From NCBI GenBank assembly GCA_018712835.1, contig DVGF01000046.1, positions 1-57,574 on the forward strand: a DNA stretch of 57,574 nucleotides, in the 5' to 3' direction. Source of the DNA: Candidatus Ventrenecus stercoripullorum. GTDB lineage: Bacteria; Bacillota_I; Bacilli_A; RF39; UBA660. A program made the translations under genes and the position numbers. The notes under the pieces are model-generated. The model saw only the letters and a list, made by a program, of their open reading frames with translations. It searched no databases and was not told the origin of the DNA. Below are positions 47,493 through 57,574 of the stretch, piece after piece (positions within the stretch are counted from its first letter, which is position 1; each line of letters opens with the position of its first letter).

Positions 47493-49025
47493 ATGAAAAA
47501 AGTTTGGCAATTTATTAAGGAACATCGTATAGCTATTATTTTTTTTGTGTTTTTTGTTCTTGTTTTTATACAACATCAATTTATATGGTTACATCATGAT
47601 GATTATGCTTATGCATCTTTAAGCTATGTTGATATTGGAAATGTTGGTAACCAATTTAGTTTAGGAAAATTGTTTGAATTTTTGTTTGTTCATTATATGA
47701 AATGGGGAGGCCGGATTCTTTGCTTTTTTGTTGAATGTTCATTATTGCGATTTGGTTTGCCTGTTTATCGTTTTGTCCAAAGTTTTGTTCTTGTTTTTAT
47801 ATTTTATTTTATATATAAGTTATTGCTATCAAAAACCAAATTAAAAGATTATCAATTGGCGCTTTTTGTTGTTTCAATGTATGGTTTTTTAGATATTATG
47901 CTATTAAGAAATAGTATTTTTTGGGCTTCTGCTTCGACTGCTTATTTGTTTCCTTTACTACCATTTTTTATGTTAGTGTATGTGACACAGAAAAAATCTG
48001 AAAGATACATTATAAGCGCTTCGATTTTAAGCTTTTTAGCTGCTTTTTCTCAAGAACAAATTGCAGCGTTAACAATTGTTTATATTATTTTTTATATTGT
48101 TATAGAGTGGTTTTTAAAAAGGCAAAAAGATAAGAAACAAATTGTATTTCTTTTATTTTCTTTATTAGGTTTTGGTATTCTGATGCTTGCACCTGGAAAT
48201 CAAATGAGATTGGATACTACTTCTTCTTTTGCAAATCTAGGGTTGTTCCAAAAATTAATGACAACAATTCCGGCTATTATCAGTGGAGTATTTGCTACTT
48301 ATAATGGAATGTTTTTAACTCTATTTTTTATCGCGGTGTTTATTATTTCTTTTATCAATTTAATCAAGTATCGTTCTAATCTTTTGATCAAGTTTTGCTC
48401 TTTTTCTAATGTTATTATTGTGTGTTTATCATTACTTATGGAAGGCAATAACTATTTTACTTATTTTGCTTCGATGACTTCTAATTCTACTATTTTACTT
48501 TTTATAAATTTTATTTATTTGGCGCAACTTTTGGGTATGGTGATTAGTATTTGTTATTGTTGTTATAAAGAGCGTGAATTTTTAATGCTAGAATTATTTT
48601 TAGGCGGCTTGGCTAGTTTGGCAGTAATGCTATTTGCTCCTTATTATCCACCACGTTCTTCTATACCTTTTATTTTTGTTATGTTTATTCCGATTATTTA
48701 TGTTATTGGCAATGTTCTTGCAAAAAGAAAGGATATTTTTAATATTTTAATTTGTACCCTATGTATTATTTCCTTTATTAATTATGCTACAATTGTACGA
48801 GGATATTTTAAAAATAATGAAGCGAATCAATATAATGATAGCGTACTTATTTCTTCTGCTCAAAAAATTCAATCAGGGGAGAAACTAGATAAAATTGTAT
48901 TAAAGAAGTTAGTTGATCCAACTTATGGTGGTGATATGCCATATTATGAAAACTGTGAATATATATTAGAATGGATGAAAAATTACTACTCAATTCCACA
49001 AGATGTTGAAATTATTTATGAGTGA
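47493..49025 (+). CDS. polytopic membrane protein, putative GT-C-type glycosyltransferase/polymerase
   Basis: GGAGG lies before ATG 47493 (ORF track 47421). It has about 12 TM helices and sits in a glycopolymer context. Confidence 0.55.
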   Translation: MKKVWQFIKEHRIAIIFFVFFVLVFIQHQFIWLHHDDYAYASLSYVDIGNVGNQFSLGKLFEFLFVHYMKWGGRILCFFVECSLLRFGLPVYRFVQSFVLVFIFYFIYKLLLSKTKLKDYQLALFVVSMYGFLDIMLLRNSIFWASASTAYLFPLLPFFMLVYVTQKKSERYIISASILSFLAAFSQEQIAALTIVYIIFYIVIEWFLKRQKDKKQIVFLLFSLLGFGILMLAPGNQMRLDTTSSFANLGLFQKLMTTIPAIISGVFATYNGMFLTLFFIAVFIISFINLIKYRSNLLIKFCSFSNVIIVCLSLLMEGNNYFTYFASMTSNSTILLFINFIYLAQLLGMVISICYCCYKEREFLMLELFLGGLASLAVMLFAPYYPPRSSIPFIFVMFIPIIYVIGNVLAKRKDIFNILICTLCIISFINYATIVRGYFKNNEANQYNDSVLISSAQKIQSGEKLDKIVLKKLVDPTYGGDMPYYENCEYILEWMKNYYSIPQDVEIIYE

Positions 49026-49029
49026 TAAA

Positions 49030-49058
49030 TTGATATTATTTTTCATATTTGTTATACT
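49030..49058 (+). promoter_or_regulatory. promoter (copy 2 of the duplicated module)
   Basis: Same TTGATA-17 nt-TATACT. It begins 2 bp after the upstream stop codon. Confidence 0.6.
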
Positions 49059-49084
49059 ATTAATAGTTATTTGAGGTGAAGCTC

Positions 49085-49828
49085 GTGAAAAATATTAAAA
49101 ATGAAAATGCAATTGAAGTAATTGATGTTACGAAAACTTTTAAAATTTATTATGATAAAGCTAGTACTTTGAAAGAAAAAGTGTTTTTTTGGAAACGAAA
49201 TCAAAGTGAAGTTTTTACTGCTTTAAAGGATATTAATTTGACCATAAAAAAAGGCGAGACGGTTGGTCTTGTTGGCGTGAATGGTTCTGGGAAGAGTACG
49301 CTTTTAAAACTTATGACAAAGATTATTTATCCGAATAAAGGTAAAGTAGTGACACACGGAAAGCTTACTAGTTTGCTGGAACTTGGAGCTGGATTTCATC
49401 AGGATTTTACCGGAAGAGAAAATATTTATTTTAATGCGGCTATTTTTGGACTTACGAAACAAGAGATTGATAAGAGAATAGATACGATTATTTCTTTTTC
49501 AGAACTAGGTGAGTTTATCGATAATCCGGTTCGTACTTATTCTTCTGGTATGTATATGCGTCTTGCTTTTTCGATAGCTATTAATGTAGATGCTGATATT
49601 CTTTTAATTGATGAAATCTTAGCGGTTGGAGATCAACATTTTCAGGATAAGTGTTTTCAAAAATTAGAAGAGTTAAAAAATAGTGATAAAACTATTGTGA
49701 TTGTTAGTCATAGTTTGGATCAGATTGAAAAATTATGTACAAGAGCAATTTGGATTAATGAGGGTGTTGTTGCTATGGATGGACAACCTCATAACGTTAT
49801 TTTAGAATACTTAAAGAAATGCGGGTGA
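49085..49828 (+). CDS. polysaccharide/teichoic-acid ABC exporter ATP-binding protein (TagH/Wzt-like)
   Basis: 'GVNGSGKSTLLK', 'YSSGMYMRLAFS' and 'LLIDEILAVGD'. Start is GTG 49085 or 49076. Confidence 0.85.
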   Translation: MKNIKNENAIEVIDVTKTFKIYYDKASTLKEKVFFWKRNQSEVFTALKDINLTIKKGETVGLVGVNGSGKSTLLKLMTKIIYPNKGKVVTHGKLTSLLELGAGFHQDFTGRENIYFNAAIFGLTKQEIDKRIDTIISFSELGEFIDNPVRTYSSGMYMRLAFSIAINVDADILLIDEILAVGDQHFQDKCFQKLEELKNSDKTIVIVSHSLDQIEKLCTRAIWINEGVVAMDGQPHNVILEYLKKCG

Positions 49829-49834
49829 TATGCC

Positions 49835-50602
49835 ATGTTTAAAAATTTGTATCAATATCGAGAACTATTAAAGACCAATGTTCAAAAGGAAATACGAGGA
49901 AAATATAAGGGTTCTTTTTTAGGTGTTTTGTGGAGTTTTTTTAATCCTTTACTTATGGTACTTGTTTATGCCATAGTATTTCCATATATTATGAGAACTA
50001 ATATTGATAATTATTTGGTTTATTTGATTACTGGTGTTATTCCATGGAATTTTTTTACGACTTGTATTACGACTGGTTGTAATTGTGTATGGATGAATGG
50101 TGGAATTATTAAGAAAGTATATTTTCCAAGAGAAATTTTACCTATTAGTGTCGTGGCAGCTGGATTCATTAATTTCTTGATTTCTTGTGTGATTATTTTA
50201 CTTTTTGTACTCTTTAGTGGAATTGGATTTAGTATACAGTTGTTATGGCTTCCTCTTATTGCTATTATTCAAGCAATTTTAAGTTTAGGACTTTTATTTA
50301 TTTTAAGTGCTATTAATGTATATGTAAGAGATATTGAATATATTGTAGGGTTCTTCCTTAATTTACTTTTTTATGCTACCCCTATTTTATATACTGTGGA
50401 TATGTTTCCACCAAAATTTCAATGGATACTCTATTTAAATCCAATGACTCATTTGGTAGATGCTTATCGTGATATTTTCTATTATAAAGCGATGCCTGAT
50501 GTATCTTCTTTGGTTTTTATTGCAATTTTTTCTTTGCTTGTCCTAGGTATTGGGTATATAATATTTAGGAAACTAGAAAAGGGTTTTGCTGAAGAGGTTT
50601 AG
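49835..50602 (+). CDS. ABC-2 type exporter permease (TagG/Wzm-like)
   Basis: 6-TM ABC-2 layout, directly after the ATPase. Confidence 0.85.
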   Translation: MFKNLYQYRELLKTNVQKEIRGKYKGSFLGVLWSFFNPLLMVLVYAIVFPYIMRTNIDNYLVYLITGVIPWNFFTTCITTGCNCVWMNGGIIKKVYFPREILPISVVAAGFINFLISCVIILLFVLFSGIGFSIQLLWLPLIAIIQAILSLGLLFILSAINVYVRDIEYIVGFFLNLLFYATPILYTVDMFPPKFQWILYLNPMTHLVDAYRDIFYYKAMPDVSSLVFIAIFSLLVLGIGYIIFRKLEKGFAEEV

Positions 50603-50603
50603 T

Positions 50604-51455
50604 ATGGTAGCTTTTGTTATATTGCATTATAAAAATTTTAATGATACTTTAGATTGTATATCTTCTATTAAGAAATTATCTGGTGTTAAAAAGATTGTCG
50701 TTGTGGATAATCATACTTTGCAATTTGATGAAAAAAAGCAATTAGAAGATACTTGCGATAAATTGCTTTGTTTAAAAAAGAATGAAGGCTTTGCTAGAGC
50801 TAATAATATTGGCTCTCGATTTGCTATTGAAAATTATCATCCGGATTTTTTGGTGGTGATTAATAATGATACAGTTATCAAGCAGAAAGATTTTTTGAAA
50901 ATTATTCAAAAGAAATATCTTAAATACCATTTTGATATTTTAGGGCCTCGAATTATATGTGAAGAAGGAAGCGGATCAGTAAATCCCTATCTTCCATTAA
51001 AAAATATAGAAGAGGTCCAAAAAGAGCTACAAGTGCAAAAGCGTTTGTTGAAGTTTTATCGACATACTTTTTTATATTTAGGATTAGTTCTTTATATGAA
51101 ATTGAAACATTTATTTGTAAAAAAAAATGTCTTTAAAAATGGGGAAGAAGAAATGCTTGGCGTTGCATTGCATGGATGTGCTCTTATTTTTTCTAAGCAA
51201 TACTATCATAAGTTTCAAAATGTTTTTTGCGAGAAAACGTTTTTGTATCATGAGGAATCCTTTTTGTATTTAAGGTTGCAGCAGCATCATTTAATTAGTC
51301 TTTATTCTCCAGATTTAGAGATTGTTCATAAAGAAGGGGCAAGTTTAAATATTTTATATCATAATCAAAGAAAACGAAATTTATTTCGTACACAAGAAAT
51401 AATAAAATCTTTAAAAATATTAGAAGATGTTATGAAGAAAGGGGAAGAAGTATGA
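50604..51455 (+). CDS. family 2 glycosyltransferase
   Basis: 'FVILHYKNFNDT', 'VDNHT', 'NEGFARANN', 'NNDT'. Confidence 0.8.
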   Translation: MVAFVILHYKNFNDTLDCISSIKKLSGVKKIVVVDNHTLQFDEKKQLEDTCDKLLCLKKNEGFARANNIGSRFAIENYHPDFLVVINNDTVIKQKDFLKIIQKKYLKYHFDILGPRIICEEGSGSVNPYLPLKNIEEVQKELQVQKRLLKFYRHTFLYLGLVLYMKLKHLFVKKNVFKNGEEEMLGVALHGCALIFSKQYYHKFQNVFCEKTFLYHEESFLYLRLQQHHLISLYSPDLEIVHKEGASLNILYHNQRKRNLFRTQEIIKSLKILEDVMKKGEEV

Positions 51456-53359
51456 AAAAGCCTAGAATATCTGTAATTGTAAGTGTCTATAATACAGAAA
51501 AATATGTGGAGAAATGTATCGAGTCTATTTTGGGGCAAACGTATTCTAATCTTGAGTTAATATTAATTGAGGATTGTAGTACGGATCATTCTCGAAAGAT
51601 ATTAAGAAAATATAAAAATTATCCTAATGTAATTTTAATAGAAAATCAGAAGAACAGTGGTTTGTCTTATTCTAGAAATGTGGGACTAGAAAATAGTACG
51701 GGAGAATATATTGGATATATTGATTCTGATGATTATATTGATTCTAATTATTATGAAATGCTAATAAATGCTATTATGCGTGAAAAAGCTGATATTGCCG
51801 TTTGTGATATGAAACTTTTTTATGAAAAAAGTAATACTTATCAAATTACTAGAGGTTGCGATGGAAATGATAAAATTGATTTTATTAATAATGGGCTTGC
51901 GGCTTCTGCTTGTAATAAACTTTTTAAAAGGAGTATTATAGAAAAATATCCTTTCGCAGAAGGTAAAGTAAACGAAGATATTGCGGTTGTTATCCCTGCT
52001 TTAGTGGAGGCACAAAAGATAGCATATGTTCCAGATGTATATTATTATTATGTTCAAAGAGAACATTCTATTCAGAATTCTACTTTTAGTGATAAAAGAT
52101 TTGATATTTTTCTTGGAGTAAATAGTACTTTGAAAAGAATTAAGCATCATAAGAATTATGAATTATATAAAGATGCAATTACTTATAATCAAATTATTTG
52201 TTTATTTATTTATGTATTTCCAAAAATTAAGGATTATCAAATGCGGAAAAAATATATAAAAAAATTTGCAGAATTATCGAAAGACTATAATATTCGTCAA
52301 AATCGCTATTTTTGGAAATTTTTAAGTTCTATGAATTTTAAAAGCCGAATTTATTATAAATTATTATTTAAATTTGTTTATACTAAACATTATTCTTTAG
52401 CTAGTTTGTTTATTTCATTTCTTAATTTTTTTAAAAAAAATTTAAAAAGAAAAATTATTCCTTCTATTGATATGGAAAAATTGATTTCATTAGCACAAAA
52501 AAATCAAAAGATGAAAGAAATTATTTCTATTTCAGTCGTTGTTCCTAATTATAATTATGAAAGATATTTGGAAGAACGTTTATATAGTATTTTGAGTCAA
52601 AAAGTAAAGATATTTGAAATTCTTTTATTAGATGATTGCTCTACGGATAGTAGCCGTAAAAAAATAGATGATTTGGTGAAAAAATTGTCACCTTATATTA
52701 CAATCAAAAAAGTTTATAATGAACAAAATAGTGGCTCTGCTTTTAAACAATGGGAAAAAGGATTCCAATTAGCAAAAGGACAGTATATTTGGATTGCAGA
52801 AGCAGATGATTATTGCGATAAAAATATGTTGAAGTATTTAGTAAGACCAATTAAAAAGAATAAGAATGTTATGATTTCTTATTGTGATACAGCATTTATT
52901 GATGGAGTTGGTAAAATGATTTTGCCAAGTATTAAAAATGAAATCGATATTATGAAAACGGGGCATTGGGATCATAATTTTGTTAATTCTGGTGTAGATG
53001 AAATTCAGCACTATTCGTTTTTGAATTGTACAATTGCTAATGTTTCATCTACTTTAATAAAGAATGGAAATTATCAAGAGTATTTTAAATTGTCTGGTGA
53101 GTTTAAACAATCTGGAGACTGGTTGTTTTATGTGAATATAATGCAACATGGTGATATAGCATATAATACTAAAACTTTAAATTATTATCGAGTCCATGGT
53201 AATAATGTTTCATCTATTATGAAAAAAGACGCTCATTTAAAAGAGATTAAACGAATTCATCATTATATTAATGAAAAATTTCCTTTTGATAGTTTTCAGA
53301 AAAAGGAAATTAAGAAACGTTATTCTTTTTTAGAAAAAGTATGGAATTTAAAAAAATAA
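51452..53359 (+). CDS. tandem two-domain family 2 glycosyltransferase
   Basis: Two GT2 modules: 'ISVIVSVYNTEKYV...IEDCSTD...DSDD' and 'ISVVVPNYNYERYL...LDDCSTD...AEADD'. Confidence 0.85.
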   Translation: MKKPRISVIVSVYNTEKYVEKCIESILGQTYSNLELILIEDCSTDHSRKILRKYKNYPNVILIENQKNSGLSYSRNVGLENSTGEYIGYIDSDDYIDSNYYEMLINAIMREKADIAVCDMKLFYEKSNTYQITRGCDGNDKIDFINNGLAASACNKLFKRSIIEKYPFAEGKVNEDIAVVIPALVEAQKIAYVPDVYYYYVQREHSIQNSTFSDKRFDIFLGVNSTLKRIKHHKNYELYKDAITYNQIICLFIYVFPKIKDYQMRKKYIKKFAELSKDYNIRQNRYFWKFLSSMNFKSRIYYKLLFKFVYTKHYSLASLFISFLNFFKKNLKRKIIPSIDMEKLISLAQKNQKMKEIISISVVVPNYNYERYLEERLYSILSQKVKIFEILLLDDCSTDSSRKKIDDLVKKLSPYITIKKVYNEQNSGSAFKQWEKGFQLAKGQYIWIAEADDYCDKNMLKYLVRPIKKNKNVMISYCDTAFIDGVGKMILPSIKNEIDIMKTGHWDHNFVNSGVDEIQHYSFLNCTIANVSSTLIKNGNYQEYFKLSGEFKQSGDWLFYVNIMQHGDIAYNTKTLNYYRVHGNNVSSIMKKDAHLKEIKRIHHYINEKFPFDSFQKKEIKKRYSFLEKVWNLKK

Positions 53360-53378
53360 AAAAACTCGGAGTGTGAAT

Positions 53379-55511
53379 ATGAAAGAATATGAATATCGAA
53401 AAGAAGTGTATGAGTTAAGACAGAAAGTGAAAGATTTAGAAAATAAAAATTACAACTTAGAGAATACTTTGAATCAAATTTTACAAAGTAAAGGCTGGAA
53501 ATTTCTTGAAAAAGCTAAGAAGGTAAAAAATAAATGTTTCACTATCAAAGGAGTTCTTCCGACCTCTACTGTAAATCCTTCAAAGTCTTTTTCTTATGAT
53601 TATAAAACTGAACCTTCATATGTTAGTCATTATCAGGATAATATTGATTTTAGTGATTTACCAGTTTATATTAAAACTTTAGCTTTTTATTTGCCGCAGT
53701 TTCATTGTATTCCAGAAAATGATAAATGGTGGGGGAAAGGGTTTACTGAGTGGACTAACACTAAGAGATCTAAGCCCTCATTTGATGGTCATTATATACC
53801 CAGAATTCCTCATAAAGATATCGGTTATTATGATTTGAGTAATGTTTCTGTTTTAAAAAAACAAGTGGCATTAGCCAAACAGCATAAAATATATGGTTTT
53901 ATATATTATTACTATTGGTTTTCTGGAAAAAGACTTTTGGAAAATCCTTTAGATTTATTATTAGAACATCAAGAAATTGATTTTCCATTTGTTCTTTGTT
54001 GGGCTAATGAAAATTGGACTAGAACTTGGGATGGTTTGGAAAAAGAAGTTCTAATGGAGCAAAAATATTTGCCAAACGATCCAGAAAATTTTATTAAAGA
54101 TTTACAAAAGTATGTGTCGGATTCTCGTTATATAAGAATTAATAATCATCCTTTAATTTTAGTCTATAATCCTGATGCGATTCCTAATTTTTCTTCTGTG
54201 TGTCGTAAATGGAGAGAAACTGCTAAAAAAATTGGAATTGGCGAAATTGTAATATGGAGCAAAACGGAGATTGGCAATCCTTCTTATAAAAATACAGAAT
54301 TTGTTGATGGGGAATTTGATTTTGCGCCTCATGGCTTTTATCTACCCAATGATAAAATTACGGGTATTTCTAATGCTTCTTCTGTCGTTAATTATTCTAA
54401 ATTGGTTTATAATTTGTGGGAAACTTATATAAATCATTATCCCTTAAAACCATTTAGTTATTCTATTACTATGGGATGGGATAATTCTGCCAGAAGAAAA
54501 GAAAATTTTAAAATTTATTATCATTACTCTTTGGAATCTTTTTATTTATGGACGACAATGGCTGTAAAAAAGATGAATTTTAATTCGTTTTCGGATGTGT
54601 TTTTGTTAGTAAATGCGTGGAATGAGTGGGGAGAAGGGACTTATTTGGAGCCCGATGAAAAATATGGATATGCAAATATTAATACTTTATCTAGAGCTAT
54701 TTGTAAAATTCCTTTTCAAGCAAATTTTAAAGTGTTTCATTCTGAGCATAGCTTAAAAGATATTCAACCTAAGATTGCAATTCAAGCTCATGTTTTCTAT
54801 GAAGATTTATTTGAAGATTTGCTAAAGCAGCTAATGGTTATTCCTTATTCATATGATTTATATGTTTCTACTGACACCGAACAAAAAAAGGCTAAATTGA
54901 TAGATATGTTGAATAAATTTTCTTTTCAAAATTATTCTGTTGAAGTTTTTCCTAATAAAGGAAGGGATATTTATCCTATGTTAATACAAATGAAAGAACG
55001 TATTGATCAGTATGAATACTTACTTCATATTCATACTAAAAAAACTATTACCCAAGATTATGGAGATGAATGGAGAAATTATTTGTGGCATAATTTATTG
55101 GGATCGTCGGCTAATGTAAAGAATATTTTTTTTGAATTTGGAACACATCGTCAAATAGGTATTATTTATCCTATCATTTATTATAAAGTTTTTGATCAAT
55201 TGGTAAATCCTTACGGTTCTGTTGGTAAAAGTAATCAAAAAAATTTGGAATTGCTGTGTTCGAGATTACATATTTCTAAAGATAAGTTACAGCCAAACAT
55301 GACATTTCCTGTGAGTTCTATGTTTTGGGCTCGCACTGATGCTATTCGTGAACTTTTTTCCATTAGCGATTTGTTGGATTTTGCAAATGAGTGTGGTCAA
55401 GTTGATGGAACTATGGCTCATGCAGTAGAAAGAATTTTTGATTTGCTGGCTGAGAAAAATGGATATGAGACTTTAGAAATTTTAAATCAATTAAAACAAG
55501 GGGAGTTGTAA
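53379..55511 (+). CDS. WbsX-family glycosyltransferase fused to rhamnan-synthesis-F (RgpF)-like domain
   Basis: 'AFYLPQFHCIPENDKWWGKGFTEWTN' (WbsX hallmark) and C-terminal 'IAIQAHVFYEDL...VSTDT...PNKGRDIYPML'. Confidence 0.75.
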   Translation: MKEYEYRKEVYELRQKVKDLENKNYNLENTLNQILQSKGWKFLEKAKKVKNKCFTIKGVLPTSTVNPSKSFSYDYKTEPSYVSHYQDNIDFSDLPVYIKTLAFYLPQFHCIPENDKWWGKGFTEWTNTKRSKPSFDGHYIPRIPHKDIGYYDLSNVSVLKKQVALAKQHKIYGFIYYYYWFSGKRLLENPLDLLLEHQEIDFPFVLCWANENWTRTWDGLEKEVLMEQKYLPNDPENFIKDLQKYVSDSRYIRINNHPLILVYNPDAIPNFSSVCRKWRETAKKIGIGEIVIWSKTEIGNPSYKNTEFVDGEFDFAPHGFYLPNDKITGISNASSVVNYSKLVYNLWETYINHYPLKPFSYSITMGWDNSARRKENFKIYYHYSLESFYLWTTMAVKKMNFNSFSDVFLLVNAWNEWGEGTYLEPDEKYGYANINTLSRAICKIPFQANFKVFHSEHSLKDIQPKIAIQAHVFYEDLFEDLLKQLMVIPYSYDLYVSTDTEQKKAKLIDMLNKFSFQNYSVEVFPNKGRDIYPMLIQMKERIDQYEYLLHIHTKKTITQDYGDEWRNYLWHNLLGSSANVKNIFFEFGTHRQIGIIYPIIYYKVFDQLVNPYGSVGKSNQKNLELLCSRLHISKDKLQPNMTFPVSSMFWARTDAIRELFSISDLLDFANECGQVDGTMAHAVERIFDLLAEKNGYETLEILNQLKQGEL

Positions 55512-55512
55512 A

Positions 55513-57183
55513 ATGATAAAAAAGTTAAAAAATATAGATAAGTATTATTTTTTGATATTTGGAATTTCTATTTTTGTGTTTTTGCCATTTGTTTCGAAGT
55601 TTTATTTTTGGGGACACGATACACATTATCATGTATCAAATATATTAGCTTTAGATCAGGTATTTCGTTGGGACAATTTGTTTCAATTAAAAATATTTCC
55701 GATAATTGCTCGTGATTTTGGCTATGGATCCGGAATTTTTTATCCTCAATTGTCTCATTTTGTTGCTGTTATTTTTTATAAGCTCTTATCGCCTTTTCAT
55801 TTAAATGTGACATATGCTTTGAAATTGACTCATTTTTCTGCTATGTTTTTATCAGGAATATTTATGTATTTATTATTACAAAATATATGTAAAAATAAAA
55901 AAATTTCTTTTGTGGGCTCTTGTTTTTATATGACTATGCCTTATCATATTATAGATACAATTATTAGAGATGCATTTGCAGAAATTTTTGTTTTTACGTT
56001 TTTGCCTTTAGTATTTTTGGGCATTGTTTATTTGTTTCAAGGTAAGTATCGGGGATTTTATATTTCATTTGTGTTTGGATATATTGGATTGTTTTTTTCT
56101 CATCTAGTTTTAACTGTTTATGTAACTATTTTTTTAGGCATCGTTTTGCTCTTAAATTTTAAAAAAGTATTTAAGAAAAAAATTTTTTTTCGATTGGTTT
56201 TAGCAACTTTTATTGTTATTTTGTCTGTTTTATGTTTGTTAGTGCCACTTTTGGAACATCGTTTTTTAGGAAATTATGCTGTTTTTTCTGATAACTTTAT
56301 GGCTAGTGTTCCTATTTTAACGAGGCATTCTCTTAATATTTTTGAGTTGTTTTTATGGCAGCAAAGATCTGATACTCATCTTTTGTTTTATATAAATATT
56401 GTGCCCTTTCTACTTGCCCTTTATGGTATTTATAAAAGGAATTTTTATAAAGAAAATGATTGGTTATTTCGAGGCGCTGTTCTTATTGCTGTTTTGTGTA
56501 TAATAATGATGTCTATATTTTTTCCATGGAGTAAAATGCCTTCTTTTTTACAGATGATCCAGTTTCCTTGGAGATTAGAAATATTTTTTATATTTTCATT
56601 ATGTATATTAGCTGTTTTTGCTTTAATGACCTTTTCTAAAGAATTACGTCCAGTGCTTGTTTGTGTTAGTATTTTATCTTGTTTGTTTTATACGGTTCAA
56701 GTGTTATCTTTGCAGAATTATTCTAAAATAGATTTAAATGAAATAAATTTTAGTTCTTCTGGAACAGGTGGTGGGGAATATTTTCCTGTTAATGTAATTA
56801 ATAATTTTGATTATTATGAAAATAGAAGTAATGATATTTTAGTTACTTCTGGCATAGCAGATATTTCTATTTTAGAGAATAATACACCTGATTTAACATT
56901 TAAAGTCAATGCGCTTTCTGATGTTACATTAGAATTACCAAGGATTTATTATTTAGGCTATCAAGTTGTTGCAACTTATGAGGATGGTTCTTCTGAACTT
57001 TTATCTTATGTAGAAAATACAAATGGCTTTATTGAAGTAAATTTGCATCGTAGTGCTAATGTGCAAGTTACTTATTCAGGCACTGTTTTGGACAAACTCT
57101 CAAATATTATTAGTTTTATTGTAATGGTTTTATTTTCCCTCATTATGATTGGCTATAAAAAAATTAAGTTATTTAAAAAGTAG
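55513..57183 (+). CDS. polytopic membrane protein, putative GT-C-type glycosyltransferase
   Basis: About 13 TM helices followed by a C-terminal extracytoplasmic beta-rich domain. 'WGHDTHYHVSN' near the N-terminus. Confidence 0.55.
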   Translation: MIKKLKNIDKYYFLIFGISIFVFLPFVSKFYFWGHDTHYHVSNILALDQVFRWDNLFQLKIFPIIARDFGYGSGIFYPQLSHFVAVIFYKLLSPFHLNVTYALKLTHFSAMFLSGIFMYLLLQNICKNKKISFVGSCFYMTMPYHIIDTIIRDAFAEIFVFTFLPLVFLGIVYLFQGKYRGFYISFVFGYIGLFFSHLVLTVYVTIFLGIVLLLNFKKVFKKKIFFRLVLATFIVILSVLCLLVPLLEHRFLGNYAVFSDNFMASVPILTRHSLNIFELFLWQQRSDTHLLFYINIVPFLLALYGIYKRNFYKENDWLFRGAVLIAVLCIIMMSIFFPWSKMPSFLQMIQFPWRLEIFFIFSLCILAVFALMTFSKELRPVLVCVSILSCLFYTVQVLSLQNYSKIDLNEINFSSSGTGGGEYFPVNVINNFDYYENRSNDILVTSGIADISILENNTPDLTFKVNALSDVTLELPRIYYLGYQVVATYEDGSSELLSYVENTNGFIEVNLHRSANVQVTYSGTVLDKLSNIISFIVMVLFSLIMIGYKKIKLFKK

Positions 57184-57238
57184 TTAAAAATTAAAAGAAA
57201 GGACGGAGTCTAAATTTATCGGATTCAAATAAAGTGTA

Positions 57239-57574
57239 TTAAATAAAACTATGTAAAGCATGAGAAACATTAGAAGAAGAGCTTAAAATAGGCATGTTAG
57301 AAGTAGACGATTCAAATACAGAATAGTTTACTTCTTTTTCATTGTTGAATTCATAATTTTCATTAGAATTATATGTATCTAGATAATATCCAAAAATAGA
57401 AACTCCGTTTAAAAACATTTCTTGCAATTTCATATAGGTTTCGATATTTTTTCTAGAATAACCTTTAGGAACAGAAGAAAAAGCAGATGCCATGCAATGT
57501 TCTATATGAGCTTCCATAGAAGATTTACACAAAGAATTTTTCATATTGATAATTCCTTTCCAATGTTTCAAAAT
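57239..57574 (-). CDS. ISLre2/UPF0236-family transposase, C-terminal part (gene runs off the window)
   Basis: 'SSMEAHIEHCMASAFSSVPKGYSRKNIETYMKLQEMFLNG' matches the conserved C-terminal region of UPF0236 transposases. The true start lies beyond 57574. Confidence 0.6.
   Translation of the reverse strand: MLKHWKGIINMKNSLCKSSMEAHIEHCMASAFSSVPKGYSRKNIETYMKLQEMFLNGVSIFGYYLDTYNSNENYEFNNEKEVNYSVFESSTSNMPILSSSSNVSHALHSFI

Noticed and set aside
17603-47579. Other short embedded ORFs (17603..17803-, 18329..18520-, 20146..20334+, 29480..29662-, 35218..35403-, 36853..37041+, 39148..39375-, 40145..40327-, 42323..42505-, 46271..46480-, 46789..46983-, 47133..47579-)
   Set aside because: All are nested within or antisense to longer genes that carry clear family motifs. 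47133..47579 additionally runs through a terminator and a promoter.

Overview
Low-GC Bacillota chromosomal window. The EF-Tu/EF-G sequences and gene content look Erysipelotrichia-like, but that taxon is a guess. No rRNA, tRNA or CRISPR array was seen.

Main result: a diversity-generating retroelement (DGR) that is both split and broken.
- An accessory/RT cassette sits at ~0.1-5.3 kb: a MutS-domain-I-like ORF, an Avd-like ORF, and a reverse transcriptase with the DGR-type IGxxxSQ and YMDD motifs.
- The RT is cut inside motif 4 by a ~3.45 kb recombinase-in-trio (RIT) element. The element carries three tandem tyrosine recombinases, 92-bp terminal inverted repeats and a duplicated TATTGG. Removing it restores the reading frame exactly.
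- About 19.5 kb downstream, on the far side of the rpsL-rpsG-fusA-tuf operon, is a clear VR/TR pair: 107 bp with 9 mismatches, every one at a TR adenine in an AAY codon.
- The VR forms the C-terminus of a secreted TasA/camelysin-like protein. A candidate invertible promoter segment lies upstream of that gene.

The rest of the window:
- A MacB-type ABC exporter.
- Two blocks of cell-wall glycopolymer genes: a TagO-like transferase, GT2/GT4 enzymes, a TagGH-like exporter, and a WbsX/RgpF protein.
- HelD and AAA_14/DUF4143 ATPase paralogues.
- A tightly coupled NAD salvage/biosynthesis operon (Nudix, pncA, pncB, nadE, nadD, pncC-like, nadK, NrtR-like regulator). It has repeated palindromic candidate operators and two embedded radical-SAM ORFs of unknown role.
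- A truncated ISLre2-type transposase at the right edge.
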